Shown: positions 18,878-29,286 of the stretch, one piece after another
How positions within the stretch are numbered: position 1 is the first letter of the stretch
Layout: every line of letters starts with the position of its first letter
Origin: Candidatus Sulfomarinibacteraceae bacterium
GTDB taxonomy: Bacteria > Acidobacteriota > Thermoanaerobaculia > Thermoanaerobaculales > Sulfomarinibacteraceae
Direction: 5' to 3'
NCBI GenBank assembly: GCA_963796455.1
Contig: CAWCLO010000004.1
Coordinates: forward strand, 64,001 to 128,000
DNA length: 64,000 bases
Translations under genes and position numbers: made by a program
The notes under the pieces: generated by a model
What the model was told of the DNA's origin: nothing
The model's input: only the letters and a program-made list of their open reading frames with translations
Database searches by the model: none

Positions 18878-20029
18878 TCAGTGGGATTGAAGGGTCGGTA
18901 ATCCAAGCTCTTTGGCGTTGACGATGCTCGGTGCGGCAGGAGGCGCCGTGCCATTGACAAACTCCAGGATCCCACCCGGGTCGGTCGAGACCGGCCAGCC
19001 TCGCAGAATAGCGGCCACGTTCGATGCCGCAAGGATGGCCATCCCTTGCCGGGCCCACCGCGTGGCCGAGGCGATGTGCGGCACGATCACCACGTTCTTC
19101 AGTCCGCTCAGACCCGGTTTCATCTTCGGTTCATTTTCGAACACGTCCAAACCGGCCTTGAATTCGGGGTTCTGTCTGCAGTGCGCCACCAGCGCCGCTT
19201 CGTCAATCACGGGTCCGCGTGCAGCGTTGATCAGGATCGCGTTGCCCTTCATCAGACGGAGCCTCTTTGCGTCAATCATGTGGTGAGTCGTCTCGTCCAG
19301 GGGCGGGTGCAGGCTGATGACGTCGGAATGTCTCAGCACCTCTTCCACGGACCGCGCGCGGGTCAACTTGATGGGCGCTTCGCCCTGCGATCGCAGGAAT
19401 TTCGAATAATCACGAATGTACTCTTCCAACTTCCGGCTCCGGTGGATGTCGTAGTAGATGCAATCCATCTTGAAGCCTTCGACCATCATCTTCGCGTACG
19501 CGGCCCCGATGCGCCCCGCTCCGATCACGCCGACCGTTTTACGGCCCAGAAGTTCGCCGAGAAAGAGCGTGGGAAGCCATCCTCCATAATTGCCGCCGCG
19601 CATGTAGGCGTCAGCCTCGGGAACTCGCCGGGCGGCCGCGAGTGTGAGGGCGACTGCCATTTCCGCCGTTGTCTCGGTAAGAACTCCGGGTGTATTGCCG
19701 ACCGGAATCCCTCTCGCGGTCGCTGCATCGACGTCGATGTTGTTGAACCCCACGGCGTAGTTGCTGTAGACCCTCCCTCCCGCATTTGCGAGGGCCGCAA
19801 AAAGCGCCGGTCCCCATTTCTCGGTCAACTGGCCGATCGCGCCGTCGCATCGGTCGCCGATGGCAGACTTGATCTCGTTCACCTTCAGGATTCGGGTCTC
19901 GGTCCCGTACTCGACCCTGGCCCCGGCGTCGGCCAGGATCTTCAGCCACCGCTCTCCCGGCAGCTCTTTTGTCACTACAACCCGTCGCGTGCCCGAGGGG
20001 TTGTAGACCTTCCAACCTGTGGCAACCAT
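18878..20029 (-). CDS. Hydroxypyruvate reductase / D-glycerate dehydrogenase
   Basis: GNTPGVLTETTAE, GAGRIG, NAARGPVIDE, LDVFENEP, PHIASA. Confidence 0.92.
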   Translation of the reverse strand: MVATGWKVYNPSGTRRVVVTKELPGERWLKILADAGARVEYGTETRILKVNEIKSAIGDRCDGAIGQLTEKWGPALFAALANAGGRVYSNYAVGFNNIDVDAATARGIPVGNTPGVLTETTAEMAVALTLAAARRVPEADAYMRGGNYGGWLPTLFLGELLGRKTVGVIGAGRIGAAYAKMMVEGFKMDCIYYDIHRSRKLEEYIRDYSKFLRSQGEAPIKLTRARSVEEVLRHSDVISLHPPLDETTHHMIDAKRLRLMKGNAILINAARGPVIDEAALVAHCRQNPEFKAGLDVFENEPKMKPGLSGLKNVVIVPHIASATRWARQGMAILAASNVAAILRGWPVSTDPGGILEFVNGTAPPAAPSIVNAKELGLPTLQSH

Positions 20030-20043
20030 TGGTCCGGCCTCCT

Positions 20044-22197
20044 TCAGGGTGATGATGAGCGGCGCAGCGTGGCCAACACCAACGGGACCGCTGCGAGTTG
20101 GAGCATGGCGAGCCCGAGCGATGTGACAGTCATCCCCACCCAGGGGATCATGATAATCCCAACCGCGAGTGCAGCTGCAGCGGCACCCGCCTGGTCTGCG
20201 GAAAAGGCAACTCCTGCGGCGCGACGAATGTCAGGGACGCCGAGCCGGGTCAGACCGGGGAAGACCGCGCCCGTGAGGAGCCCGGCGACGGCCAGCAGCG
20301 GCGGGATCGTAGCAGCGGGAGCGAAAAGAGCCCAACCGGCGGCCAGAACAACCGACAACACCGAGCCGGCGATGAGCACCGCCGGCACCATACGTTCGGG
20401 GTTGCCAATCCTGGAGGCCACCAGCGATCCGGCCGCGAGACCGGCCATGAAAACCGCGGCCAGGGCGCCGATCTCGGAGTAGATCGAGCCCCGGGTGGAC
20501 TGCCATGCGGCGATCAGGAGCAGCCACCAACCCATGGAGCAGAAGCCGACCACCGCCGCGGTAGCGCCGGCGGTACGGCGGCCCAGTACGGCGACGACGA
20601 AAAATATCATTGTGACCACAAGCAGCGCCGCGGCAAGAGGCCGAGCAACCCGTCCCTCGAGGGCGGCGATCGACGGCAGGAGACCCGGCAGGGATCGTGC
20701 CTCGTGGAGACCACCGGCCAGCAACACCGCACGAGGATGGCGGATCGTGTTGACTTCCGAGTCGAGGTGGAGCCGGGCGAGGAGATCGGAGGATCGGTCT
20801 TGGTCCAACACAAGAGGAATCAACTCCGGAGAGATCCCGGTGGAATCCGTTGCGGTCGCCGGCAGGCGGCGAACGAGTTCCTCGGGGTCGAGAGTCAAGT
20901 CTGCCTCCGGCCCGCCCGCCACCACCAGGGTGTCCTCTCCCGAGATGACGAGAACCGGCCCGAAGGCCTCGTGCACGGTGCTCGCGAGAACCGACAACAG
21001 CCTACCGCCCACACCTCCCAGATACGTGTCCGATACCCCGACTCGCATCACCAACACTCCGTCCGGACGCATCCGCTCGCGGCACCTCTGCAGAAACTCG
21101 AGGGTCCGGGTGCGGTTGTTACGAAGCGTGGTCGGGTCCGGGTCGAGCAGGATGACCAGATCCCAGAGTCCACCCTCTTCGAGCGCCAGCAGCGGATCAG
21201 TGGCAGCAGCCTGGACCATCGGCAGGTCGAGCGCCGCGTTCATCTCGGCACCGTAGACAGAGGGCAGCACTCGCAACAGGTCCGGGTCCTCTTCCACCAC
21301 TCGCACGCGGTTGGCCTGGTGGCTCGACATGGCCTCGATGGTTCCGTCGATTACACAACCGACGGCCAGGATGTCGCGGGGGCGGGGGTGGAGGGTCATC
21401 AGGAGGTGGGCCCTCGGCTTAACTCGGTATTGGTCGGGGTAGGTGGCCAGGAGGCGCCCGTCTCCGTAGATCGAGGTCGGCGGTCCGTCCGAGATCATGA
21501 TCTGCTGGTAGCGGGTTTCGAGCCACGATCGGAGGGCGCCCGGACGGCCGGAAGCACTCCATTCCGCCCGCGCGAGGGCGCCGCCGGCTGGTACGGCCAG
21601 CGCGAGCGTCGCGACCGCCAACGCCGCAGCGGTGACGGACCGCCGTTGCCACGCCGTTCCAGCTGCAACCACGCCGAGCCCGCAGCAGGTGGCGGAGGCG
21701 GCGCCGAGGTGGATGAGCCCGAACGTGAGCAGGGTGCCGCCAATCAGTGCTCCCAGCGCCTCAAAACCGTAGGCCCGGCCCCCTCCAGTTGAACCGAGCG
21801 CGCCGGCAAGGGCCGGGAATGCGAAGCCCCCGGCGAAGGCCGCCGGGACAATTGCCAGGGCCCACAACCACAGGGCGGAAGCAGTGGTGATGGTTTCGCC
21901 GGGCGCGGCCCCGATGGCGGCCGGAGCGATCCGCAGAGCGACGATGCCGAGGCTCGCCAGCAAGAGCACCATCGTCGGCAGCCATGTGGCCAGATCGACG
22001 GAGCCGAACCGCGCCCCGGCCCGGGCTCCCGCGGCCATCCCGGCCAGCCACAGGGCCATGACAACGCCCCAAGAAATCTCAGAACCCCCCATCGCGGCCA
22101 TGGCTTCGCGCACCAGCAGAGCCTGCCCGATGACAGTCGCAAAGCCCAGGAGCGCGACGGTAAGGCGTGGATCGGTACGATTTGATGAAGGGCTCAC
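20044..22197 (-). CDS. Multi-TM spermidine-synthase-like fusion protein (start approximate)
   Basis: Q.LLVRE..GGSE, ETRYQQI, HPRPRDILAVG, DLVILLDPDP, TLEFLQ. Confidence 0.7.
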   Translation of the reverse strand: MSPSSNRTDPRLTVALLGFATVIGQALLVREAMAAMGGSEISWGVVMALWLAGMAAGARAGARFGSVDLATWLPTMVLLLASLGIVALRIAPAAIGAAPGETITTASALWLWALAIVPAAFAGGFAFPALAGALGSTGGGRAYGFEALGALIGGTLLTFGLIHLGAASATCCGLGVVAAGTAWQRRSVTAAALAVATLALAVPAGGALARAEWSASGRPGALRSWLETRYQQIMISDGPPTSIYGDGRLLATYPDQYRVKPRAHLLMTLHPRPRDILAVGCVIDGTIEAMSSHQANRVRVVEEDPDLLRVLPSVYGAEMNAALDLPMVQAAATDPLLALEEGGLWDLVILLDPDPTTLRNNRTRTLEFLQRCRERMRPDGVLVMRVGVSDTYLGGVGGRLLSVLASTVHEAFGPVLVISGEDTLVVAGGPEADLTLDPEELVRRLPATATDSTGISPELIPLVLDQDRSSDLLARLHLDSEVNTIRHPRAVLLAGGLHEARSLPGLLPSIAALEGRVARPLAAALLVVTMIFFVVAVLGRRTAGATAAVVGFCSMGWWLLLIAAWQSTRGSIYSEIGALAAVFMAGLAAGSLVASRIGNPERMVPAVLIAGSVLSVVLAAGWALFAPAATIPPLLAVAGLLTGAVFPGLTRLGVPDIRRAAGVAFSADQAGAAAAALAVGIIMIPWVGMTVTSLGLAMLQLAAVPLVLATLRRSSSP

Positions 22198-22216
22198 GCG
22201 CCCATTATGGCGCACC

Positions 22217-22310
22217 AATGAACTAGGAATGATGAGTTCGGAATTCGGAGTTGCGGATAGGTCACCTTGTGTGATGGGAGGATGAACTCCGAACTCCAAA
22301 CTCCGAACTT
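22217..22310. repeat. Inverted heptamer tracts (TCGGART)n ... (AACTCCR)n
   Basis: 22217-22258 and 22285-22310. Confidence 0.8.
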
Positions 22311-22311
22311 G

Positions 22312-23778
22312 TTACGCGAGTGCTTCCAATACCGCGGCGAGGTGCTTGTAGAACTTCTGCACCGACGAGATCTGGACCCGCTCCTCTGGGGAATGGGCGT
22401 TCTCGATCTGCGGACCGATCGAGGCCACATCCATCTCCGGGATCTTTTCGATCAGCAGTCCGCATTCGAGACCGGCGTGGATCGCCTTGAGTTCGGCCTC
22501 TTCGCCAAAGAGTTCCTTGTAGACCTCGGCCGTCTTCTGCACGATCGGTGACGAAGGATTGGGCTTCCAACCCGGATAGGCGTCGTCGATGCGGACGGTC
22601 GCGCCTGCCTGGCGGAAGATCGAACCGGCCTGCCGACGCACCGCATAGAGTGCGGGCATGATCGAAGACCGGTGGGAAACTGTCATCTCGGCGTGGTCAC
22701 CACGGTTGATGACCACCGCCATGTTGTTTGAGGTCTCCACCAGCCCGTCGACGTCGCGCGACATGGTCAGCACACCGTGGGGCATGCCGTCGAGCACTCG
22801 AAGCAAACGATCCCTTGCGTGCACGTTGAGAACCTGCCGGTATTCATCATTGTCGTCCACCTCCTCGACCGCCACTGCAAGGTCGGGATCGGAGGCGAGA
22901 AACTCTGCTTCGAATTCGCCCTTCTGGGTTTTTGCGACGGCCTTGAAGGCGTCGACCTTCGATTTGTCGACCCGGCACACGGCAAAGCATTCGCGAGGAA
23001 TGGCATTGTGCTTCGACCCGCCGTCGATCGAGACCAGATCGACTTCGATCCCGTCTTCGAGCGCGGCCAACACGACTCTCGTGGCGAGCTTGATGGCATT
23101 GGCCCGGTTTTCGATGATATTGAGCCCCGAATGGCCGCCCCGTAATCCGGTCACCGAGAGCTTGACCGGAACTGAACCGAGGGACGCAACTCGACGGGCG
23201 GTTTTGAGCTTGGCGATGGAATCCGCTCCACCGGCGCAGCCAAGATAGATTGCCCCGTCTTCTTCGGTGTCGAGATTGAGCATGATGCGACCGGTCACGA
23301 TCGACGGATCGAGGTCCTTGGCTCCGGTCAGACCGGTTTCTTCGTCGACAGTACACAGCAACTCGAGCGGCCCGTGGACGACATCCGGATCATCGGCCAT
23401 CGCCATCGCTGCAGCCACACCGATACCGTTGTCGGCTCCGAGGGTGGTGCCTTTGGCCTGGACCCAGTCTCCAACGACCTCGACCTTGATGCCCTCGGTC
23501 ATGAAGTCGTGCTCCACATCGGAGTTTTTCTCGCACACCATATCGACGTGGCCCTGGAGCACGATGGTCGGGGCGTTTTCGTGGCCGGGGGTCGCGGGCA
23601 CCCTGACGGTGAAGCTTCCGGCCTCGTCCTGGACGACCTCGAATCCGCGGTCGGCGGCCCAGTTCTTGAGTTTTTCGATAATTTTCTCTTCGTGTTTCGA
23701 GGGACGGGGAGTCTGCCGGATCAGATCGAAGTGCTGCCACAGCAGTTTCGGCTCGAGGGACTCCAAAGGACTGGTCAT
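22312..23778 (-). CDS. pepD: Aminoacyl-histidine dipeptidase (M20)
   Basis: LQGHVDMV, TTLGADNGIG, DEETGLTGA, GGHSG, IHAGLECG. Confidence 0.95.
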   Translation of the reverse strand: MTSPLESLEPKLLWQHFDLIRQTPRPSKHEEKIIEKLKNWAADRGFEVVQDEAGSFTVRVPATPGHENAPTIVLQGHVDMVCEKNSDVEHDFMTEGIKVEVVGDWVQAKGTTLGADNGIGVAAAMAMADDPDVVHGPLELLCTVDEETGLTGAKDLDPSIVTGRIMLNLDTEEDGAIYLGCAGGADSIAKLKTARRVASLGSVPVKLSVTGLRGGHSGLNIIENRANAIKLATRVVLAALEDGIEVDLVSIDGGSKHNAIPRECFAVCRVDKSKVDAFKAVAKTQKGEFEAEFLASDPDLAVAVEEVDDNDEYRQVLNVHARDRLLRVLDGMPHGVLTMSRDVDGLVETSNNMAVVINRGDHAEMTVSHRSSIMPALYAVRRQAGSIFRQAGATVRIDDAYPGWKPNPSSPIVQKTAEVYKELFGEEAELKAIHAGLECGLLIEKIPEMDVASIGPQIENAHSPEERVQISSVQKFYKHLAAVLEALA

Positions 23779-23874
23779 GAGGGCCTCCGTGATTTTCGGG
23801 ATTGAACCGGCGGGACCGGCTCCAGCATGATACCGGATCTCTTCCCGAACCGCATTCCCGGTTTGGGCTGCAAT

Positions 23875-24810
23875 TCAGACCAGTGAATCGAGAATATCGA
23901 TGGCTGTCATGGCACCGCCCGCTCGGAGGCCGTCGGCCATCAGTGTGAGGGCCAATTGACTGCCGTCAGGTGACAGCGCGGGTGGCGCCACCAATATCCG
24001 ATCGTTGTCGGGCACCGAATCCAGACCGATCGGGAAGGTCGCGAGTTCGAGGTCTTCGGCCTCGCCGAGAAAACTCTCGATCTCGGTCAACTCGAGGGAT
24101 CGATCAAAGCTCAGAGTGAGAAAGGCGAGGTGACCGTGAAAACACCCGCCAAGGCAGCGCACGACGGCAAGCGGTGTGTCTGGGAGCACGATGGCTGCCT
24201 CGGTTTGAAGATCGCCGCTGTCGACCGCTACGGTGTTGAAAGCGAGGACGTGGCCGAAGATCCGATCGGCGACCGGAGCTCCTTGAACCCTCAGCAGGGC
24301 CTGTTGCGCCAGGAGGTCGATCCCCTCTCGACCGAGAGACGAGACCGGATCGACGGCGATCAGCGATCCGCGGAGCTTGCCGAGATGCTGTAAGAGTTCA
24401 ACAATCGACGATGTGGCGGTCAATGCAGGATGGGTGACGCGCAGCCGTCTCGAATCGGAATGGACGCGGCCCGCTGAGGGCTCGACGAGATCATCGAGGC
24501 AGCCCAGATGGGAAAGATCGATCAGCGCCACATCGGCTTCCTCGGCGAGATGCTCGAGCAGGTGATCATGACGCGACGAGATGGCATCCGATGCGACCAC
24601 GATGACATCAAAGCCCTTCAGCTGCTCGGCGCTCTCGAGTGGGGGGACCAGCGCCGGGTCGTCGGCGACCTCTGCGATCTGATGTTCTTCGTCGAGGTCG
24701 GTGTGAAAAAAACCGAAGTCGCTGACCATCCGACTGAGGCGTTCACGATCTGTAAGGAATTCACGTCCCACCAGGGACAGAGGATCAAGGACCAGTACTC
24801 TCGCCGACAT
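23875..24810 (-). CDS. Aspartate-semialdehyde dehydrogenase-like protein, degenerate
   Basis: S.LGREGI..L..Q, LAFN, FHGH, ADGLRAGGA; lacks GATG and NC catalytic motif. Confidence 0.7.
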   Translation of the reverse strand: MSARVLVLDPLSLVGREFLTDRERLSRMVSDFGFFHTDLDEEHQIAEVADDPALVPPLESAEQLKGFDVIVVASDAISSRHDHLLEHLAEEADVALIDLSHLGCLDDLVEPSAGRVHSDSRRLRVTHPALTATSSIVELLQHLGKLRGSLIAVDPVSSLGREGIDLLAQQALLRVQGAPVADRIFGHVLAFNTVAVDSGDLQTEAAIVLPDTPLAVVRCLGGCFHGHLAFLTLSFDRSLELTEIESFLGEAEDLELATFPIGLDSVPDNDRILVAPPALSPDGSQLALTLMADGLRAGGAMTAIDILDSLV

Positions 24811-25588
24811 TGGAATCTCCTGTTTCCGCCTCACCGGTGGCGACTGCCGGGGTCGACCGGTGTCGCGCTTTTTTTGTCAGAACCGTGACCGGGGCCGAAA
24901 GGATATATACGGCGGCCAGTATGGACAGGACATGAGGCGTCAAGGTCACGAGAGAAAAGACCACTGCGATGAGAAACAGCGTCGGCGCCGGCCATTTTTT
25001 CCGCAGATTGACCGCCTTGAAGGATGGATAGGGGAGGTTCGAGACCATCAGAAGTGAGAGCCCAAGGACGAAGGCCGCCACCACCGGTTTGAAGGCGGGA
25101 TGGGTCACCGTCGTCGGCGACATCAGAACCAGCATGGCGATCGAACCGGCACCGGCCGGAATCGGGAGGCCGATAAAATCTATGGAGTCGTGCTGTTTGG
25201 CTGAAAAACGGGCGAGACGAATCGACCCCGCCACCAGAAAGAGAAACGCGACCGCCATTCCGATTCTCGGCACATCCGACAGCCCCCATTGATAGGCCAG
25301 GAGCGCCGGCGCGATACCAAAGGAGACGACGTCTGCCAGGGAATCGAATTCTTCACCGAACTGGGTGGCAGTGCCGGTGAGCCGGGCGATTCGGCCGTCC
25401 AGGACGTCGGCGAAAATGGCGACCAGGATCAGCACCGCTGACCGTTCGAAGTGACCCTGGCTCGAATGGATGATCGAAAGAAAGCCACAGAAGATATTGG
25501 CCACGGTAAAGAGCGACGGGATCAGATAGAACCCGCGACTTACGTGACCGTCGTTCCGTCTACGGCGTTTGATGCGGGGCAACCTCAC
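24785..25588 (-). CDS. pssA: CDP-diacylglycerol--serine O-phosphatidyltransferase
   Basis: DVLDGRIAR..G..FDSLADVVSFGIAPA, RLARF. Confidence 0.93.
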   Translation of the reverse strand: MRLPRIKRRRRNDGHVSRGFYLIPSLFTVANIFCGFLSIIHSSQGHFERSAVLILVAIFADVLDGRIARLTGTATQFGEEFDSLADVVSFGIAPALLAYQWGLSDVPRIGMAVAFLFLVAGSIRLARFSAKQHDSIDFIGLPIPAGAGSIAMLVLMSPTTVTHPAFKPVVAAFVLGLSLLMVSNLPYPSFKAVNLRKKWPAPTLFLIAVVFSLVTLTPHVLSILAAVYILSAPVTVLTKKARHRSTPAVATGEAETGDSNVGESTGP

Positions 25589-26223
25589 GAGTGATTGGTG
25601 TCCGCAAAGCGGGCCAGCGCCGTTTCACCGGCGCGAACCCGATCGCCCATCGATACGAGAACTTCAGCATCGTCTGGCAGAAAAACATCCACCCGGGAAC
25701 CATAGCGGATCAAACCGATTCGGTCACCCCTGGCCAGGGTCTTTCCGGGCGCGTGGTCGAAGACGATCCGGCGGGCGATCAAACCGGCAATTTGTTTGAG
25801 AGCTATCTTGCCGGATGGGCCCTCCCAAACCGACAGATTCTGTTCGTTTTCGAGCGAAGCTTTTTCTTTGAACGCAGAGAACTTTCGTCCGGGGTTGTAG
25901 CTGTAGGTGAGCAGTGTTCCTGCGATGGACGCTCGATTCACGTGGACATCAAAGACAGACATGAAGACGCTCACTTGCTTCGGCAGGCCAAGATCGGAAA
26001 TCTCCGCGGGTGCTCGATCAATCTTGATGATCTTGCCGTCTGCCGGGGAACAGGCAACCCGTTCGTCACGGTCGCAGCTGCGGTCCGGGTTGCGAAAGAA
26101 AAAAAGCGCGAACAAACCCGCGAAAACCAGGATGGCGGCGGGAACGGGCCAGCCGAGGAGCAGGGCCACAACTCCCACGCACACCGGAACCAAGACGAAG
26201 GGCCAACCCTCAGGAGCGATCAT
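25585..26223 (-). CDS. psd: Phosphatidylserine decarboxylase (short type)
   Basis: FFRNPDR, SPADG, DVHVNR, QIAGLIARRI, RYGSRVD. Confidence 0.93.
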   Translation of the reverse strand: MIAPEGWPFVLVPVCVGVVALLLGWPVPAAILVFAGLFALFFFRNPDRSCDRDERVACSPADGKIIKIDRAPAEISDLGLPKQVSVFMSVFDVHVNRASIAGTLLTYSYNPGRKFSAFKEKASLENEQNLSVWEGPSGKIALKQIAGLIARRIVFDHAPGKTLARGDRIGLIRYGSRVDVFLPDDAEVLVSMGDRVRAGETALARFADTNHS

Positions 26224-26237
26224 GAAAACTCTCTTGC

Positions 26238-26432
26238 TTACCGGCGGAGCAGTTCCATCTGGTCTTTGAGGCGCAGCTTGAGTTTTTTGAGGCGTTTTTC
26301 CTCGATCTCCTCCTCCGGCGTGAGCCAAGACTTCTTGCGTATTTCTTCGAGTCGTCGTTCATAGTCCTGGTGTTGACTCCGGAGATCTTCAAAAGTAGGA
26401 GACGATTCAAGCTGCTCGGGGTTTGGATTCAT
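26238..26432 (-). CDS. YdcH / DUF465 family small protein
   Basis: H..YERRLEE..LKKLKLRLKD; GGGAGG SD. Confidence 0.8.
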   Translation of the reverse strand: MNPNPEQLESSPTFEDLRSQHQDYERRLEEIRKKSWLTPEEEIEEKRLKKLKLRLKDQMELLRR

Positions 26433-26481
26433 TCCGATCCTCCCTTGTGATCGAGTTTCATTACCCATCCTAGCACCGCTG

Positions 26482-26701
26482 GCAGAGGAGCAGAGGAGCA
26501 GAGGAGCAGAGGAGCAGAGGAGCAGAGGAGCAGAGGAGCAGAGGAGCAGAGGAGCAGAGGAGCAGAGGAGCAGAGGAGCAGAGGAGCAGAGGAGCAGAGG
26601 ATCTGCCCTTATCACGAACGAAGTCTCCGGTACGGTTCTCCCTTTCCCCCTTTCTCCTTTCTCCCTTTCTCCCTTTCTCCCTTTCTCCCTTTCCCCCTTT
26701 C
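26482..26701. repeat. (GCAGAGGA)15 perfect octamer tract facing a (TTTCTCCC)n tract
   Basis: 26482-26601 perfect; pyrimidine octamers 26636-26701. Confidence 0.95.
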
Positions 26702-26722
26702 GGGAACGGAACTGTCGTTCAA

Positions 26723-27050
26723 GATGTCATCCTGAGCGAAGCGCCTTTGGCGCGCAGTCGAAGGATCTGCGGATCACGGGCGTTTCGGCCCATCTCATAG
26801 ATCCTTCGACTACGCCCCTGTAGGGGCTACGCTCAGGATGACATCGGGAGGCGATACTCGCGTGCAGGAAAAATCCGTGATCAACGGTTCTCCCTTTCGG
26901 GAAATCGTACGAATCGCGAGTGGGATAAGGGTAATGAACCAACGGTTGCCCATCGATAGCGATAGCGATCGTTACTCAGCCCCTCAGCCATGTGGTTCGG
27001 GAATCCAGCATCCAGTATCCAACATCCAGTATCCAGCATCGAGCGAGCGG
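26723..27050 (+). repeat. TGTCA-ended palindromic REP-like pair plus conserved tail, GATAGC and CATCCAG tracts (copy 1)
   Basis: GATGTCATCCTGAGCG...CGCTCAGGATGACATC 26723-26845; ~330 bp collinear with 31449-31770. Confidence 0.9.
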
Positions 27051-27055
27051 GCAGA

Positions 27056-27586
27056 TCAGTAATACGGGCGGTAGCCCAGATCCTCATCCTCGATCGCACC
27101 CTTCTGCTTGAGGTCATCGATGCCGACGATGGCTTCGGCGCGGGTGGTAAAGCTCATTTCGTGCTTGCGGCTCATGATCAGAGCCTGTTTGGGGCAGGCA
27201 TCAACGCAGAAGCCGCAGAAAACGCAACGGAGCAGGTCGATCTCGAACTCGAGGGGCCGTTTTTCCCACTCCACGGTCGCTTCGGGATCCTCTTCGGCAA
27301 CGATGGTGATGCAATCGGCCGGACAGGCCGTTTCGCACATATAACAGGCGACGCAGCGCAGCGATCCATCCTCCTTGGTGGTCAGGATGTGGCGGCCGCG
27401 TGTTCGTTCTGAATACTCTCTTCGTTCTTCGGGGTATTGGATGGTGGCCACATCCCGTTGGCCGAAGAGGTTGCGCAGGAAATGGCGGATGGTCACCGAC
27501 AAACCGCTGATGATCGGCCCCAGATAGAGCCATGCGGCCAGACTCTTGGCGGGGCGATCGACGTTGACAGTGGTGAGAGGTCTCAT
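27056..27586 (-). CDS. nuoI: NADH-quinone oxidoreductase subunit I
   Basis: TIQYPEE, CVACYMCETACP, CVFCGFCVDACP. Confidence 0.93.
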   Translation of the reverse strand: MRPLTTVNVDRPAKSLAAWLYLGPIISGLSVTIRHFLRNLFGQRDVATIQYPEERREYSERTRGRHILTTKEDGSLRCVACYMCETACPADCITIVAEEDPEATVEWEKRPLEFEIDLLRCVFCGFCVDACPKQALIMSRKHEMSFTTRAEAIVGIDDLKQKGAIEDEDLGYRPYY

Positions 27587-29286
27587 CGGTCGAGTTCCCC
27601 GGCGATGATGTTGAGGCTCGAGAGGATGGCGATGGCATCCGCGAAGAGGTGGCCTTCGAGGATGTGTGGATATGCCTGGAAGACGGCAAAGCACGGTGGT
27701 CGCACCTTGACGCGATACGGGTGGCCTGTTCCGTCGGAGACCAGGTAGTAGCCGAGCTCTCCATTGGCACCTTCGGTGGCGAAATAGGCGTCGCCCGCCG
27801 GGACCTTGATGCCCTCATAGATGAGCTTGAAGTGCCAGATCAACGACTCCATCTCTGAGTAGACCTTGGGTTTTGGCGGGAGGGACACGTGGTGGTTGTC
27901 GGTGATGACGGGTCCGCCGGGCAGGCGGGTGATTGCCTGTTCGATGATTTTCAGGCTCTGCCGCATCTCTTCGAGGCGGACGAGAAACCTGGCGTAGGCG
28001 TCACCCGTCGATGCGATCGGAATGTCGAAGTCGTAGTCTTCGTAACCGAGATATGGCCGGGCGCGGCGCAGATCATAAGGCACACCACATGCTCGGAGGC
28101 AGGGGCCGGTCCAGCCCCACCCGACGGCCTGTTCCGCCGTCAACGCTCCCACACCCTCGGTGCGATCGCGGAAAATGCGGTTTTTTGTAACCAGACGATC
28201 CACGTCGTCGATGAACTTCGGGATGGTGTCGAGCAGGACGCGGACGCGTTCTTCGAAATCGAGGGGCACATCAGACGCGAGGCCCCCGATCCGGGCGTAA
28301 GAAACCGTCAGCCGGCCGCCGGCGCAGGACTCGAGAAGGGAGTAGATCTCCTCGCGGGGCTGGAAAAAGTACCAGAAATTTGTGAGCGCGCCGAGATCGA
28401 CGAGGGTGGTCCCGAGGCACACCGCGTGGTCCATCAAACGCGAGAACTCGGAGAGAATCAGCCGCACGGCCTGCGCCCGCGGTGGTGCTTCGACTCCGAG
28501 CATCTGTTCCACCGCGAGGGCGAAGCCGACTCCGTTGATCATGCTCGAGCAGTAGTTGAGGCGATCGGTGTACGGAATGACCTCGTTCCATCCGTGGGTC
28601 TCGGACATCTTTTCGAAACACCGGTGGAGATATCCGATCTCCGCCTCCGCTCGTGTGATGACCTCGCCATCGAGCCGGAGGATCATCCTCAATGTGCCGT
28701 GGGTAGCCGGGTGGGCGGGGCCGAAATTGAGGACCTGGGTTTCAAATTGGTCCTCATTGCCGGCCTCGGTCGCCCAATCGGGAACCATGATCTCGTCTTC
28801 AGTCAGGATCCAGCGTTTTTCGGGGTCGTAGTCCTTGCGCAGAGGGTGGCCTTGAAATGCCTCGTGGGTGAGGATTCGGCGGAGATTCGGGTGGCCATCG
28901 AATCGCACACCCATCATGTCCCACGCCTCGCGCTCGAACCAGTCGGCAGCCTTCCAGATCTCGTAGGCTGTCGGCAGCCTCGGATCTTCCTCGTCGATCG
29001 GGACCTTGACCCGGAATCGGTTTTCCGACTCGATCCCGGTCAGGTGGTAGACGACCTCGAATCTCGGCTCCCGCTCCGGGTAGTCAACCGCACAGATGTC
29101 GAGCAGCAGATCGCAGCCGAATTCGCTCCTCTCCTTGAGGGTGCGCAGGACATCGATCAGCCGGCTTCGATCGACCGTGATCTCCGTCCAACCATCGCTC
29201 GCGATCTCGATCTCGAGATCACCACCTCTGGTGAGGAACTCTTCATGCGGAATCCGCGCGGCGGCTTCAGCCTTTGAGCTGGTCAT
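27583..29286 (-). CDS. nuoCD: NADH-quinone oxidoreductase fused subunit C/D
   Basis: [33 protein letters not shown], ends GELDR. Confidence 0.95.
   Translation of the reverse strand: MTSSKAEAAARIPHEEFLTRGGDLEIEIASDGWTEITVDRSRLIDVLRTLKERSEFGCDLLLDICAVDYPEREPRFEVVYHLTGIESENRFRVKVPIDEEDPRLPTAYEIWKAADWFEREAWDMMGVRFDGHPNLRRILTHEAFQGHPLRKDYDPEKRWILTEDEIMVPDWATEAGNEDQFETQVLNFGPAHPATHGTLRMILRLDGEVITRAEAEIGYLHRCFEKMSETHGWNEVIPYTDRLNYCSSMINGVGFALAVEQMLGVEAPPRAQAVRLILSEFSRLMDHAVCLGTTLVDLGALTNFWYFFQPREEIYSLLESCAGGRLTVSYARIGGLASDVPLDFEERVRVLLDTIPKFIDDVDRLVTKNRIFRDRTEGVGALTAEQAVGWGWTGPCLRACGVPYDLRRARPYLGYEDYDFDIPIASTGDAYARFLVRLEEMRQSLKIIEQAITRLPGGPVITDNHHVSLPPKPKVYSEMESLIWHFKLIYEGIKVPAGDAYFATEGANGELGYYLVSDGTGHPYRVKVRPPCFAVFQAYPHILEGHLFADAIAILSSLNIIAGELDR

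Noticed and set aside
26482..26601. CRISPR array
   Set aside because: Contiguous 8-mers without spacers; no cas genes
27583..29286. Group 4 NiFe hydrogenase large subunit
   Set aside because: Both CxxC nickel motifs are absent
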